Numbered from the stretch's first letter, positions 1 to 10,347 are shown. The stretch is DNA of 64,000 bases from Candidatus Woesearchaeota archaeon (GCA_964428325.1 CAYRXU010000001.1:42842-106841), one strand, 5' to 3'. Numbers and translations: made by a program. Notes: generated by a model not told the origin, from the letters alone.

Positions 1-1
1 A

Positions 2-397
2 ATTATGTATCCAGAGATTCCTCTTGAAGACCTTGAAGTAAGCGAGCACTATAGCAATTCCAAGAGCAATGAAGTAAGCGTAGGAAATCTTCATGACGAA
101 AGCATGTATCGATATGAAGAGGCCGATTATGATGACTACGAAGAACCACCAGCGAAGGAAGGTTTCTGCCTTGAGCTTCATGAGAAGAAGCATGATGCAA
201 ATAGCAACAACAAGAGCAATAATTATAGAAGTAAGCGCACTCGCAGGTTTAACATCTTCTGGCGGTTCAAATCCTTGAGGAAAGTTGTAATCAGTGTGAT
301 TTTCATAACTGTTTGTTGTTGTGTTGTAGGTTGTTACGACTGTCGGAGTGTATGCATGGTTGACGAAGATACCAATAAGTTGGGCTAGAACGAACAT
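2..397 (-). CDS. Hypothetical multi-pass membrane protein (partial, runs off window start); not in ORF track
   Basis: The minus-strand frame is open from ATG (397..395) to the window edge. The translation MFVLAQLIGIFVNH...LTSIIIALVVAICIMLLLMKL...WWFFVVIIIGLFISIHAF...AYFIALGIAIVLAYF has at least three clear TM helices. It lies 40 nt downstream of the FttA stop on the same strand. Confidence 0.45.
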   Translation of the reverse strand, partial: MFVLAQLIGIFVNHAYTPTVVTTYNTTTNSYENHTDYNFPQGFEPPEDVKPASALTSIIIALVVAICIMLLLMKLKAETFLRWWFFVVIIIGLFISIHAFVMKISYAYFIALGIAIVLAYFKVFKRNLWIHN

Positions 398-437
398 AGC
401 CAGAAGGACAGCTGTTATTTTCAGTGTATGCTTCACT

Positions 438-2318
438 TTACTTCAGCCTCACGGTTTCAAGGTTGCGTGGAGCAATGGTTTCAATGTGATTGAGTTTGTA
501 CAACGTTGATGCAAGATCAAGGCACTTGGAAGCTTCACCGTGATTGATAATGATGCGCTTTGGTTTAGGATTCATACGGCTGATGTACTGCAAGAGTTCA
601 TTTCGACCTGAGTGTGATGAAAGACCGTACATTGTCTCTACCTTGAGCTTAACTTCAACAGGTTCGTCGTTTGCTTTTACATGAGTAAGTCCTTCCTGTA
701 CTTGGCGACCTAGTGAGCTTGGTGCTTGGTACGAACCGAAAATGATCAAGTTCTTAGGATTGTCAGCAAGATGCTTGAAGTACTCAACAGACGCGCCTCC
801 AACCAACATACCAGATGTAGCGATAATTATGCAGGGTCCACCTTCAACGACTTCCTTGCGTTCTGCGGGTGAGCCAACGTGCTTGAAGACGGGAGAAGTA
901 AATGGATTGTTGTCCTGGAAGATTTGATTTCTAACAGAAGCACTCAAAAAGTCTGGGTAGGCTGTGTGGATAGCGTTGATATCGCGGAGAATACCATCAA
1001 GATAGACTGGAATTTCTGGGAGTTCTCCTGTTCGGATAGCCTCTTCGATACGTAGAACTGTTTCCTGAGCGTGGCCAAGACCCAATTCTGGGAGAAGAAT
1101 CTTTCCTCCTTCCATTATAGTCTCTTTAGCTAGCTGCATAAATCTGTCTTCAACTTCCTTTCGTGGAGGAAGGATGTCATCCTTTGAACCGTAAGTTGCT
1201 TCTAGAGTGACGGTTTCAACACGTGGGAAATAATTGACTGCTGGATCGAGCAAACGAGACTTTCGATAGTTGGTGTCTGCACTGTATACGAAGTTGTGAA
1301 GGCCATTGCCCACATTCACGTGAACTACGGCAGATCCCAGTACGTGACCAGCGTTGTAGAAGGTTATACGAATGTCAGGAGTGATGTCTGAAACTTCACC
1401 GTAGTTGAGGCAGATGCTATGGCGCACCATTTCCTTAATGTCTTCTGGCTTGTAGAGTGGTGTTGCTGCTTGCTTATAGGCGACCCCAATATAGTCTAGG
1501 GCTAGTAAAGCAGAAATGTCGCGTGTCGGTGGCGTCATGTAGATTGGGCCCTTGTAGCCCATCTTATACAAGTAAGGCAATAAACCGCAGTGGTCTGTGT
1601 GGGCATGTGATAGAATAATGGCGTCTATTGAGTTCAAGTCTCCAATCTCGGCTACGTCAAGGTAAGGAAATCTCTCTTGGCCTTCCGAGATACCAGGGTT
1701 GATACCGCAATCAAGCAAGACTCGTGATTTTGGAGTATGTAACAGCAAACATGAACGGCCTACCTGGCGTCCGCTTCCAAGATACGTCAAACGCACCCAC
1801 ATGTCCATCTTTTCAGGGTTCCAGTCGGTGTAGATTTTCTTTCCAACTTCGTTCAAGAACTTTCTTCGGTAAGTGTTGTTAGCGTAAAGAACAGAGCGGA
1901 TCTTTTCAGTGATCTTTGAAGGGATGGCTGGACTGCGCTGAACGGTTGGCGTCCACATTGTAACATTGCGAATATCGTTTAGGAGTGAGCCTTGCTTGCC
2001 TATGACCATGCCTGGTCTTTTGGCTTCAATAACTACAATACTTCTCTGAACATCAAAGATAATGCTCTCGATCTCTGCCTCTGCAGGGACAAGCTCACGG
2101 ATAGTCTTCTCAGTCTCTTCTTCGGAAGCGAGAATCTTTTGGTCGGCCCGGAGCTCGATGCGCTTCTTGATTTTATTCACTACATCCCTAATCTTTTCTT
2201 CACCATTGCGCACAAAATCTTTGTCGGCCGTGTAAAGAACGATATTTGCGCCTTCGAAGATTGCATCTGTAACTGTCTTGGGCAATTCCTCTAGAATACT
2301 TTTGATAATGTCTGCCAT
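438..2318 (-). CDS. fttA: Archaeal CPSF1/FttA beta-CASP ribonuclease with N-terminal KH domains (transcription termination factor)
   Basis: 626 aa with N-terminal KH-like region and a metallo-beta-lactamase HxHxDH motif (LSHAHTDHCGLLPYL). Length and architecture are typical of aCPSF1. Confidence 0.85.
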   Translation of the reverse strand: MADIIKSILEELPKTVTDAIFEGANIVLYTADKDFVRNGEEKIRDVVNKIKKRIELRADQKILASEEETEKTIRELVPAEAEIESIIFDVQRSIVVIEAKRPGMVIGKQGSLLNDIRNVTMWTPTVQRSPAIPSKITEKIRSVLYANNTYRRKFLNEVGKKIYTDWNPEKMDMWVRLTYLGSGRQVGRSCLLLHTPKSRVLLDCGINPGISEGQERFPYLDVAEIGDLNSIDAIILSHAHTDHCGLLPYLYKMGYKGPIYMTPPTRDISALLALDYIGVAYKQAATPLYKPEDIKEMVRHSICLNYGEVSDITPDIRITFYNAGHVLGSAVVHVNVGNGLHNFVYSADTNYRKSRLLDPAVNYFPRVETVTLEATYGSKDDILPPRKEVEDRFMQLAKETIMEGGKILLPELGLGHAQETVLRIEEAIRTGELPEIPVYLDGILRDINAIHTAYPDFLSASVRNQIFQDNNPFTSPVFKHVGSPAERKEVVEGGPCIIIATSGMLVGGASVEYFKHLADNPKNLIIFGSYQAPSSLGRQVQEGLTHVKANDEPVEVKLKVETMYGLSSHSGRNELLQYISRMNPKPKRIIINHGEASKCLDLASTLYKLNHIETIAPRNLETVRLK

Positions 2319-2345
2319 AATTCTTTAGATGAATGTGAAATGAAA

Positions 2346-2999
2346 TTAATTGTAATTAGGGGTGATTCTTTGGGAAACTGATTTCTTTATGCCTTCTTTT
2401 GTGATACTGTAAACATCAATGCCGTTTCCAGAAGCGCTGTCTCTTTGTGTGGAAGCCTTAAGTGCTTCTGTGACAAGATGTTCGCCTTCTTTGATTGACA
2501 TTTCTGGTTTCCACTGGCGTTCGAACAAGCCAAGGGCAAACGGCATTCCTGAACCAAAGTTTGCGTCGTAGTCAGTTACCTTGTAAACTCCTCCGGCTGG
2601 CTCGATTGTGTAAACTTCAGAGCTGCCATCTTCGTTGTAACCTCCAATGAGAGCACCTACAATGTGAGGCATCATAGAGGGCTGGCGAATATTGCGGTAG
2701 TACATCATTCCGACCAAGCTTGCAGCCTCTTGGACTGTAGGGCGTACTTTGTTTCGCAACTCTAGAAGCTTAAGTTCTGCAGCTATAACTTTGCTAGACA
2801 AGAATGCATCTGCTGCGTTGCCGCACCAAGACATGACAAGGTAATCGTTAATCTGCTGTACTTTATCTTGGTTCTTGCTCATGATGATGTTGCCAGCAGT
2901 CACACGGCGATCTGCACCCATAACTACGCCATCTTTACATACGACGGCCACTATAGTTGTACCTGTTTTTGCTACCGTTGTGTCAATTGTGGAGTTCAT
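2346..2999 (-). CDS. psmB: Proteasome beta subunit
   Basis: Ntn-hydrolase active-site Thr after the propeptide (GTTIVAVVCKDGVVMGADRR). 217 aa. Confidence 0.85.
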   Translation of the reverse strand: MNSTIDTTVAKTGTTIVAVVCKDGVVMGADRRVTAGNIIMSKNQDKVQQINDYLVMSWCGNAADAFLSSKVIAAELKLLELRNKVRPTVQEAASLVGMMYYRNIRQPSMMPHIVGALIGGYNEDGSSEVYTIEPAGGVYKVTDYDANFGSGMPFALGLFERQWKPEMSIKEGEHLVTEALKASTQRDSASGNGIDVYSITKEGIKKSVSQRITPNYN

Positions 3000-3070
3000 A
3001 AGAATACCAGAACCTCTGTTAATATGGGGAAAGGCGAGAGGTATTTAAATTTTGTGATAGATAATTCGGC

Positions 3071-5122
3071 CTAAGCACTCACCGGTTGCGATGCTCCGCC
3101 TTCTTTGGAGATGCGCATGACATTGTCTACGAAGCCCTCTATACGAGACTCATGACTGACTATGATGAGCTGAGTAACTGCAAGTTCCTTCAGGATGTCG
3201 CGTACCTTGTCAAGCTGTTTCTCCGAGAAACCATCTGTTGGCTCGTCAAGGATGATTAAGTCACGAGTTTTGATGTGACTGTGGACAGCATGGATGATTT
3301 GGTTGAGTGCAAGTCTGTATGCTAGAGCAATAGCTGTACGCTCTCCTCCTGAAAGGAATCCATAGTCTGTTTCAAACCCGTTGCGCATGATAACGGGAGT
3401 AAAGTTCTCATCCAGATGCACTGTGAAATCAACGCTTGTAAGAAGAACGAACCATTTGTTGAATAGTTTGGAGAATTCTTCGCGCAGACGAATGAGGATA
3501 CTTTTCTCAATGAGTGAAATCAGTGTAGAAAATTCTGATGAAAGCCAACTCTCAAGGGCAATAAGGCGATTGACTTGCTCTTTCTGTGCTTCTTTCTGTG
3601 CAACAATATCTTTCGTACGCTGAAGTTCGCGTAGAGTAATATCTTTCTCTCTTCTGTTTTCAGCGAGTTCAATTTCCTTCTTTTTCTCCTCATCAAATGC
3701 CTTTTTCAGGTCAAGTTCAACTTTTTTGAGTTGAGCATCATACTTCGCGAGAGCAAAGATAGATTCCTTCAGCGAGGAAATATGCATCTGGAGGCTGTCG
3801 ATGTCCTTATCTATGGTTTCTCTCTGGCGCTCCCACTCTTGCTTGCGCTGACGAGAGATATCTAGCTCTGCTTGTTTAACATGTGCGATCTCTAAACGAG
3901 ATTTTTCTGCTTCGAGAGTGGATTGTTCTTTCTGTGTTTGTGCAATGCTATTATCGATTTGCGTTTTCTGCTCACGTAGATTTGCTAGATTCTTCTCTAT
4001 AGCAGCCACGCGAGATTCTGTCTCATTTAGGATGTTATGCTTGTGGTTATCTGAAACGTCTTGGAGACAAGTCGGACACATCTTGATGTTGAAAACGCGA
4101 TTCTTTTTCTCAACATCTTCTGCCTTCTTGAGGTCAAATGAGCGGATGGAGCTTGTTATCTCTAGAAGTTTACCTCGGAGATGTTCGATACTCTTTTTGC
4201 TCTCTGCAAGTTTCTGTAGGGTAGCGCGATAATCACTCTCATTGAAATCTACGGCCGTTTTTGCAAGACGATCGGTAATTGTAGCGATGTCGCGTTCAAT
4301 ATCTGAACGCCTCTGCATTTTGTTTGTCAATTGCAGACTTGCCTTTTCGCGTTCAGTTTCGAGAGATTGTTTTTCAGTTATTTTTGTTTTCAACTCAAGC
4401 AGTTCTGTTTCGACACCTTTACGTGATTGTTTTCTTTCGTCTACCATTGATGAAAGGACTGAAATGGAACTGTCAAGTTTCTCCAGAGTGCGTCGATATT
4501 CTTGTATTCGCGTCTTGTGTAGATCAATATCCTTGAGCTCTGCTTGTACAAGTTTGCTTTTCTCACGTAATTTTATTGTGACTAGCGCGAGATTCTCTTG
4601 AATATTCTTGTATTTATCTATGGCAAAAATGTGCCTTAAGGTATCCAGCCGAGAATCTGGATCATCAAGGATAATTTGCTTCATCTCTTCTTGGGGAGAA
4701 TAAACAGTGTATCTGTAAAGCACGTTGGTTTTCTTCACGAATTCTTCAGGGTAACCGAGAAGTTCTAGGATTTTTAGTTTGAGTTCTGTGACTGCAAGCT
4801 CTTGCTTTGAGCCATTTACAGTAATCGCTGCGTAATCTTGATTGATTGTTTTTGCGCTTCGCTTAATAGTGCGCTCAATGACTATGGTGTCGTTATTTAT
4901 ATCCATTTCAAGTTCAACGCGACCCTCTGGAGCATTGTGCGAAAGTAATGACGATCCTCTTTGACCAGGTTGTAGACCGAAGAGTGCAAACTCTATGGAA
5001 AGAAGAATAGTTGTTTTACCTGCACCCACATCTCCAGAAAGAAGAATAGATCCATTAGGGAAAGTTATTTCTGCATTTTTGTAACTTCGGATGTTCTTTA
5101 AGGAGAGACGTTTGATTCTCAT
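3071..5122 (-). CDS. rad50: Rad50 ATPase (short coiled-coil form)
   Basis: Walker A GDVGAGKTT, zinc-hook CPTC within long coiled coils, ABC signature LSGGER, Walker B LIILDEPT. Only 683 aa. Confidence 0.8.
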   Translation of the reverse strand: MRIKRLSLKNIRSYKNAEITFPNGSILLSGDVGAGKTTILLSIEFALFGLQPGQRGSSLLSHNAPEGRVELEMDINNDTIVIERTIKRSAKTINQDYAAITVNGSKQELAVTELKLKILELLGYPEEFVKKTNVLYRYTVYSPQEEMKQIILDDPDSRLDTLRHIFAIDKYKNIQENLALVTIKLREKSKLVQAELKDIDLHKTRIQEYRRTLEKLDSSISVLSSMVDERKQSRKGVETELLELKTKITEKQSLETEREKASLQLTNKMQRRSDIERDIATITDRLAKTAVDFNESDYRATLQKLAESKKSIEHLRGKLLEITSSIRSFDLKKAEDVEKKNRVFNIKMCPTCLQDVSDNHKHNILNETESRVAAIEKNLANLREQKTQIDNSIAQTQKEQSTLEAEKSRLEIAHVKQAELDISRQRKQEWERQRETIDKDIDSLQMHISSLKESIFALAKYDAQLKKVELDLKKAFDEEKKKEIELAENRREKDITLRELQRTKDIVAQKEAQKEQVNRLIALESWLSSEFSTLISLIEKSILIRLREEFSKLFNKWFVLLTSVDFTVHLDENFTPVIMRNGFETDYGFLSGGERTAIALAYRLALNQIIHAVHSHIKTRDLIILDEPTDGFSEKQLDKVRDILKELAVTQLIIVSHESRIEGFVDNVMRISKEGGASQPVSA

Positions 5123-6297
5123 ATTTCAAGTAGCTTGTTTATTTCTCCCAACAAGCGAGCTTCGTAGATTTGCGTCCTTTCATCTTCTTTCTTCTCTATA
5201 CCCAATGCATGTACAAGCGTTTCAATAAGCTCATTGAATTGTGAAGGGTGCTCTTCCTTGAAACGTGAGATAAGCTTGTGTTCCACGTGTTCTGTTTGCT
5301 GTTCGAGACCGATCTCCATATCGCGAGTATAGAGTCGAGAAGTGTCACGCAAAACTGAGTAAGCTCCTTCTTTTCGTACTAGAGATTCCAATTGAGCAAT
5401 GTTTAGATTTGAGAGCTGACCCGAAGCCATGGTACCCTTCAGTTTGAGAATGACAACTGCGTCCTTGATTGCGTTGGAAGCTAGTTTTGTTCGCAAGATT
5501 TCTTCTACATTTGTCTCGTCTGCAATATCCAGTTCAAGAAGGATAACCTCTTTCAGACGGATTTCATGGCGCTCGATCTTGCCCTTTGTGTCTGCAATAT
5601 AATAAGAGCCGCCCTTAAGTTCTTCGAGCTCGAGAACGTTATTCGGAAACAGTGGGCCGCAGTAGACGCGATTCTTTCGTTCGTAGCGCACATGCAAATG
5701 GGCAAGAGCAACATAGTCTACAGGAGGCAATTTGTCTTGGTCTACTGCTGGAATTGGCAAGCTTCCTACTGCGTCACGCAAAGCTGTGTGGAGCATCAAA
5801 ATCTTGAAAAGCCCAGGGGCATCGTTCAGCTTTATCCTCGCAATTTCTTCTACTTCTAGAGCGGACTTCTTTCCAGGATAACCATAGATAGCTACGTTCT
5901 TGTAGATAACAGGGTTTAGTACAATTGAGCCTGCCCTGTCCTCTGGTTGGAAGACGTTTTTTGCGAAGCCAGCTTTTTCAAGCACATCAAGGAAAGTCTT
6001 GCCAGAAACAGAGTAGTCGTGGCTGCCTGCAATCAAGAACACTGGAATGTTAGCTTCCTTGAGTTTTCTAAATTCATTGAAGGCTTCTTTCATTACTTCA
6101 ATAGGAGGATAAGCTGAGTCGAATAAGTCTCCTGCTATTAGTACAAAATCAAGCTTTTCTTTGATGAACTTATCAACCGCATGCTGGAAGCTTTGAGTAT
6201 TAAGCGTGAGCATTTCAGGCTCGCGCCAGCCACCTAGATGACAATCCCCTATATGGCCAAAGCGCATAATAGAAACCTCCTCCGGGTTTCTATGCAT
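5119..6297 (-). CDS. mre11: Mre11 nuclease (calcineurin-like phosphoesterase)
   Basis: GDCHLG and GSHDY phosphoesterase motifs. The start overlaps the rad50 stop, the classic mre11–rad50 operon arrangement. Confidence 0.8.
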   Translation of the reverse strand: MHRNPEEVSIMRFGHIGDCHLGGWREPEMLTLNTQSFQHAVDKFIKEKLDFVLIAGDLFDSAYPPIEVMKEAFNEFRKLKEANIPVFLIAGSHDYSVSGKTFLDVLEKAGFAKNVFQPEDRAGSIVLNPVIYKNVAIYGYPGKKSALEVEEIARIKLNDAPGLFKILMLHTALRDAVGSLPIPAVDQDKLPPVDYVALAHLHVRYERKNRVYCGPLFPNNVLELEELKGGSYYIADTKGKIERHEIRLKEVILLELDIADETNVEEILRTKLASNAIKDAVVILKLKGTMASGQLSNLNIAQLESLVRKEGAYSVLRDTSRLYTRDMEIGLEQQTEHVEHKLISRFKEEHPSQFNELIETLVHALGIEKKEDERTQIYEARLLGEINKLLEI

Positions 6298-6366
6298 CCC
6301 GGAACCATATTCCTTGTATCCATTCTCTTTTTCATAAAAATAGTTTAAACGAGAGTTATAAATAGA

Positions 6367-6903
6367 TTATTGTGCTTTTCGGCTGAGGTGCCAGACCTCT
6401 AAGGTTTCCATGAAAACCGAGGTTTTGTCGATGACTTTTTTCGATAGGTGTTGCTTTTTGATAAGGCTGAGTAGTTTCTTTTGAGGAGTAAGAGAGGAGA
6501 GCACAATAAGAAGAGATCCTTTTGGTGCAAGGTGTCTTTGTGCTTGTCTGAAGAAACGTAACAACAATTCATCTCCTTTCTTACCGCCAGAAGTTATGCG
6601 AGCACTTTTTGCGTCCTCTCGCGCATCTTGTGGAAGATAGGGTGGATTGAAGATGATGAGGTCGAATGTGCCTTTGACATTTGTGAATAAGTTGGATTTG
6701 ATTGTCTTGAGGTGCTGTTTTTTGAGGTGGGCAACGACTTCACCGTCAATATCAACAGCTGTAACCTCGCAAGCCCCCGAGGCAAGAGCTGCTTGTGCTT
6801 GCACGCCTGAACCGCTTCCCATGTCAAGCACGCGCTTCCCTTTTGCGTATTTCTTAACTGCTTTTTCCAGAAGGAAGGAATCTTCTGCTGGTGTGTAGAT
6901 CAT
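6367..6903 (-). CDS. HemK/Mtq2-like N5-glutamine (release factor) methyltransferase
   Basis: SAM-binding VLDMGSGSGVQA and the NPPY motif. The 178 aa size fits Mtq2. Confidence 0.65.
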   Translation of the reverse strand: MIYTPAEDSFLLEKAVKKYAKGKRVLDMGSGSGVQAQAALASGACEVTAVDIDGEVVAHLKKQHLKTIKSNLFTNVKGTFDLIIFNPPYLPQDAREDAKSARITSGGKKGDELLLRFFRQAQRHLAPKGSLLIVLSSLTPQKKLLSLIKKQHLSKKVIDKTSVFMETLEVWHLSRKAQ

Positions 6904-6994
6904 TGGAGTAGAACGCTTTCTTGCTTTTTAGGTGTATTCATTGTACAACCATTCGCCGCCTACAGCCCGTTTAAAATAATTTTAAAAACTTCGA

Positions 6995-7420
6995 GTGCTT
7001 CTGAATAGAGTGAAGAAAAGAGTGAATGGCTTTTGCGGCAATATCGAGAAGGAGACTTTGTCGAATTCTAACTTTAGGCGCGTGGTCTACACAGCAAAAA
7101 ATAGTCAACTTGTAGTTATGTGTCTGAAGCCAGAAGAAGAAATCGGAATGGAGGTTCACCCCCACAATGATCAGTTTCTGCGATTTGAGAAGGGTGAAGG
7201 CGTATGCATCATAAATGGGCATAAGCATGAAGCGAGTGAGGGTTTCGCGATAATCGTGCCTGCGGGAGCAAAACATAACATTGTAAATAGGTCTAAAAGG
7301 CGCGAGTTAAAACTCTATACCGTTTATTCTCCGCCTCATCATAAAGACGGTACGGTGCATAAAACAAAGCAGCATTCTGACATGGATAAAGAAGAATTTG
7401 ATGGCAACACAACTGAATAA
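6995..7420 (+). CDS. Cupin-domain protein
   Basis: Cupin-like His-rich beta-barrel motifs (HPHNDQFLRFEKGEG...GHKHEA...PAGAKHNI). Confidence 0.45.
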   Translation: MLLNRVKKRVNGFCGNIEKETLSNSNFRRVVYTAKNSQLVVMCLKPEEEIGMEVHPHNDQFLRFEKGEGVCIINGHKHEASEGFAIIVPAGAKHNIVNRSKRRELKLYTVYSPPHHKDGTVHKTKQHSDMDKEEFDGNTTE

Positions 7421-7450
7421 CTAAAACATTGCCAGTCCTGAATTTATTTT

Positions 7451-7837
7451 CTATTGGAAGAAAGCCGCAATTTGTTCCCTGAACAAGATGGATGCTATGA
7501 AGGCTGCGACAGATAATACGAGAATTATAGCAAGAACTGTTACGAGAATAACTGAGCCGTGGCCTTGCTGCGGTTTTGGTGGTTGGAATTGCTGAGGTTG
7601 GGGCTTTGGTTGAACACGTTGAACGAGTGGTTGCACAGGCGTAGCTGGCCTGTTGAGAAGATTGGGAGCAGGTTTGGTTGCTTGTTCAATGTAGACCGAT
7701 CCAGTATCTAGATCGCGTGCCGCTTCTCGAACATCAGTATCTTTGTAGCCTGCTGTAACAAAACTCTGAATGGCTGCTTCAATAGGAACGCCGCGCTCAA
7801 GTGCGTTTCTTAAGCCGCCAACTAGGTCCTCCCTCAT
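7451..7837 (-). CDS. Hypothetical membrane-anchored protein (Pro/Gln-rich linker, C-terminal TM)
   Basis: The start overlaps the RNase J stop (ATGA). C-terminal TM helix VILVTVLAIILVLSVAAFIASILF. Confidence 0.4.
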   Translation of the reverse strand: MREDLVGGLRNALERGVPIEAAIQSFVTAGYKDTDVREAARDLDTGSVYIEQATKPAPNLLNRPATPVQPLVQRVQPKPQPQQFQPPKPQQGHGSVILVTVLAIILVLSVAAFIASILFREQIAAFFQ

Positions 7838-9171
7838 GCTAACTTAAGCTCCTGCGCGTTCGTCAGAATGTGAACTGTGGAATTCTTCTTGTAGCCCATC
7901 TCAACAGCCAGATCGAAACCTGCCTTCAGCTTACTAAAGTCTCCATGGGAAGGAATGACGTGTTCTGGTTGAGTGAGTTTGATGAGGTCGCGCAGATCTT
8001 CTTTTCCGCCGTGTCCGCTTACGTGAACGTTGTCAAAGATACGAACGTGTTGTTTCTTGAGGCGCTTCTCTAGTTGTGCCCTGTTAAGCTCGTTGATAGG
8101 GGCAGGGATTGTCTTTGAAGAGAAAATAATATGATCTTCATTACCGAATTTGTAAGGCAGTTCATGTCGTGATATACGGTCTAAAACAGATCCGGGCTCG
8201 CCTTGGTGGCCCGTGCATACAAGAACGTATTTCTCTCTGTTCTTGGAAATACGATTAAGAATTTTTTCTGTTTGTTTTCTGTAGGACGACATGAAAATCT
8301 GACTTCTGAACGGTGCTTTGCCGACTGCATTGGCTGCGGAGACGTATTTGTTCAGACTTCGGCCAACAAATACTACTTCTCGATTGAGTTTGCGGCCAAA
8401 CTCTACAATGGACTTGAGACGCGCGATATGTGAAGAGAACGTTGTGACAATCATACCCGCTTTTTGATTGTCAGTTGTGAAGAAAACATCTTCAAGCAAA
8501 CCCCTTGCTATCTTTTCCGAAGGAGTTTTTCTATCGTCTGGTGCGTAGAGGCAGTCGACAATCAAAGCCTTGACTCCGATCTTTGCCAACTCTTTCAGGC
8601 GACGGTAGTTTGGAGCATCTCCAAATGTCGGAGTGTTGTCTAGTTTGTAGTCGTTAGCGTAAAGAATGATGCCGTCAGGCGTATGGAGTGCGATTATGGT
8701 TGATTGGATAGTTGAGTGAGTCATGTTGATGAATTCTACTTTGTGATCTCTCGAGCCTTTGATTGTGTAGACTCCGTTAGGCCTTACAGGAATGAGAGGA
8801 TTCTTGATTTGTTGTTTGTTGTCTTCAATGAGAGTCTTCAGAACTTCGATAGTGAAAGGCGTACTTAGAACAGGAGCGTTGTATCTTTGTGCTACATATT
8901 GAACAGCACCAACATGGTCAAGATGGGCGTGGGACACAAGCAGTGCGCGAACTTTGTTTCTGAGATTTTTTCTGTCTAGATATAAGTCGTCTGGGACTGC
9001 GCCGAGTGAACGCATGCCTCTTTCAGTTGGAATGCGTTCGCGTTCTTCGACACCCACAATAGCCGGCAAGTAAAGACCAGCATCAAACAAGAAGACATCA
9101 TTGCCTGACTCGATCGCAGTCATGTTCTTACCCACCTCGTTGTAACCACCAATTGTATGAATCTTAAGCAT
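7834..9171 (-). CDS. rnj: Archaeal RNase J (beta-CASP 5'-3' exoribonuclease)
   Basis: 445 aa, MBL motif LVSHAHLDHVGA, beta-CASP region. Shorter than aCPSF1 and lacks KH domains. Confidence 0.75.
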   Translation of the reverse strand: MLKIHTIGGYNEVGKNMTAIESGNDVFLFDAGLYLPAIVGVEERERIPTERGMRSLGAVPDDLYLDRKNLRNKVRALLVSHAHLDHVGAVQYVAQRYNAPVLSTPFTIEVLKTLIEDNKQQIKNPLIPVRPNGVYTIKGSRDHKVEFINMTHSTIQSTIIALHTPDGIILYANDYKLDNTPTFGDAPNYRRLKELAKIGVKALIVDCLYAPDDRKTPSEKIARGLLEDVFFTTDNQKAGMIVTTFSSHIARLKSIVEFGRKLNREVVFVGRSLNKYVSAANAVGKAPFRSQIFMSSYRKQTEKILNRISKNREKYVLVCTGHQGEPGSVLDRISRHELPYKFGNEDHIIFSSKTIPAPINELNRAQLEKRLKKQHVRIFDNVHVSGHGGKEDLRDLIKLTQPEHVIPSHGDFSKLKAGFDLAVEMGYKKNSTVHILTNAQELKLA

Positions 9172-9244
9172 CCATCGTTAAAGAACGAGACGTTTATATA
9201 GCTTTTTGGCAAAACTATAAATAGCATTTTTCCTTCGACAAACC

Positions 9245-10072
9245 ATGCACCAGCATATCCGACGCCTGAAAGAGCATAGAAATGTGTTGTATGGTGCAGT
9301 GTGTTTTCTTTTCCTCATCCAGCTGGTGGCTTTGATTACACTCTCTGCTCAGCTTTCACAAGTGCGAACGGCACAGATTGTTGCTGCTAGTGAAACGCAA
9401 AGAGCTCTTGATGAGGCGCAGGAAGCTAATCATTATCAGATACAAGAGATTGCACGTGTTGTAAGCACGCAACGTACTGATCTTGAAGGACAGATAACGC
9501 TCTTGCGAGCATCTAATGATTTTTCTGGAACGGTGAATAATGTTATTCGAGGAGTTGTGAGCATTAATACGGACAAATCTGCAGGAACAGGATTTATTGT
9601 TCATTCTTCCGGATATATTGTGACTAACCATCACGTGATTGCTGACGCTCAGAAGATACAGGCGATCGATATTGCGGGCAAGACCCATGATGCAACCGTT
9701 GTCGCAGATGATAGCGCGAAAGATCTTGCTTTGTTGAAAGTGGATGGGACATTTGACGCCCTCTCGCTTGCTGATTCAGATAGAGTAGTCCTTGGAAGCA
9801 AAGTCATTGCCATTGGTAATCCTCTTGGTCTTTCTTTCAGCGTGACTGAGGGCATTGTATCTGCAGTTGATAGACAAGGACCTAATGGGCTTGCGAACTA
9901 TATTCAAACAGATGTTACGTTGAATCGTGGAAACTCTGGCGGGCCACTCATTAATACTGCTGGACAAGTTATTGGAGTGAACAACTTCAAGATAGGAGAA
10001 GCCGAAGGGCTTGGCTTTGCACTCGAGAGCAATATTGTGCGCGACTTCATCGCTTCGCACGTTCCTAACTAA
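9245..10072 (+). CDS. Membrane-anchored trypsin-like serine protease (S1/HtrA-like, no PDZ)
   Basis: N-terminal TM. Catalytic triad contexts HHVIAD, DLALLKV and GNSGGPL. Confidence 0.7.
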   Translation: MHQHIRRLKEHRNVLYGAVCFLFLIQLVALITLSAQLSQVRTAQIVAASETQRALDEAQEANHYQIQEIARVVSTQRTDLEGQITLLRASNDFSGTVNNVIRGVVSINTDKSAGTGFIVHSSGYIVTNHHVIADAQKIQAIDIAGKTHDATVVADDSAKDLALLKVDGTFDALSLADSDRVVLGSKVIAIGNPLGLSFSVTEGIVSAVDRQGPNGLANYIQTDVTLNRGNSGGPLINTAGQVIGVNNFKIGEAEGLGFALESNIVRDFIASHVPN

Positions 10073-10074
10073 CC

Positions 10075-10347
10075 ATGGCAAAAGTACCTTCAAGTGCGCG
10101 TCTGAACAGGAGATACCTCCTTGTGAGAGCGTCAAAGAGTAATGTAGAAGCTGCACTTATGGAGTATCTAGGTGTGTTGGGCTGGTCCCGTGCTGCCCCT
10201 GTTTTTCTTAAAGAGACTCAAAAAGGACTTATCTTTGCGGTCAACCGTGAAGAGTTGCAACATGTTGAGGCTGCTTGCGTTTTGTATAAGAATCCCATCC
10301 AGGTTCTGAAGGTTTCTGGGACGCTGAAGGGTTTGGGTCTGGCGTAG
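10075..10347 (+). CDS. rnp2: RNase P protein subunit Pop5 (Rnp2)
   Basis: The RRYLLVRA motif and overall pattern match archaeal Pop5. The position immediately upstream of psmA matches the conserved archaeal exosome/proteasome super-operon. Confidence 0.55.
   Translation: MAKVPSSARLNRRYLLVRASKSNVEAALMEYLGVLGWSRAAPVFLKETQKGLIFAVNREELQHVEAACVLYKNPIQVLKVSGTLKGLGLA

Noticed and set aside
5-388. Plus-strand 127 aa ORF at the window start (low-complexity, Asn/Ser/Lys-rich).
   Set aside because: The opposite strand over the same span encodes a convincing multi-TM membrane protein, co-directional with fttA and starting 40 nt after its stop. The plus-strand ORF looks like an antisense artefact.
3322-4601. 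Several plus- and minus-strand ORFs of 60–120 aa inside rad50 (for example 3918..4232 and 4242..4601).
   Set aside because: They are antisense to, or out of frame within, a well-supported Rad50 gene. They have low-complexity Ser/Cys/Phe-rich translations typical of coiled-coil antisense.
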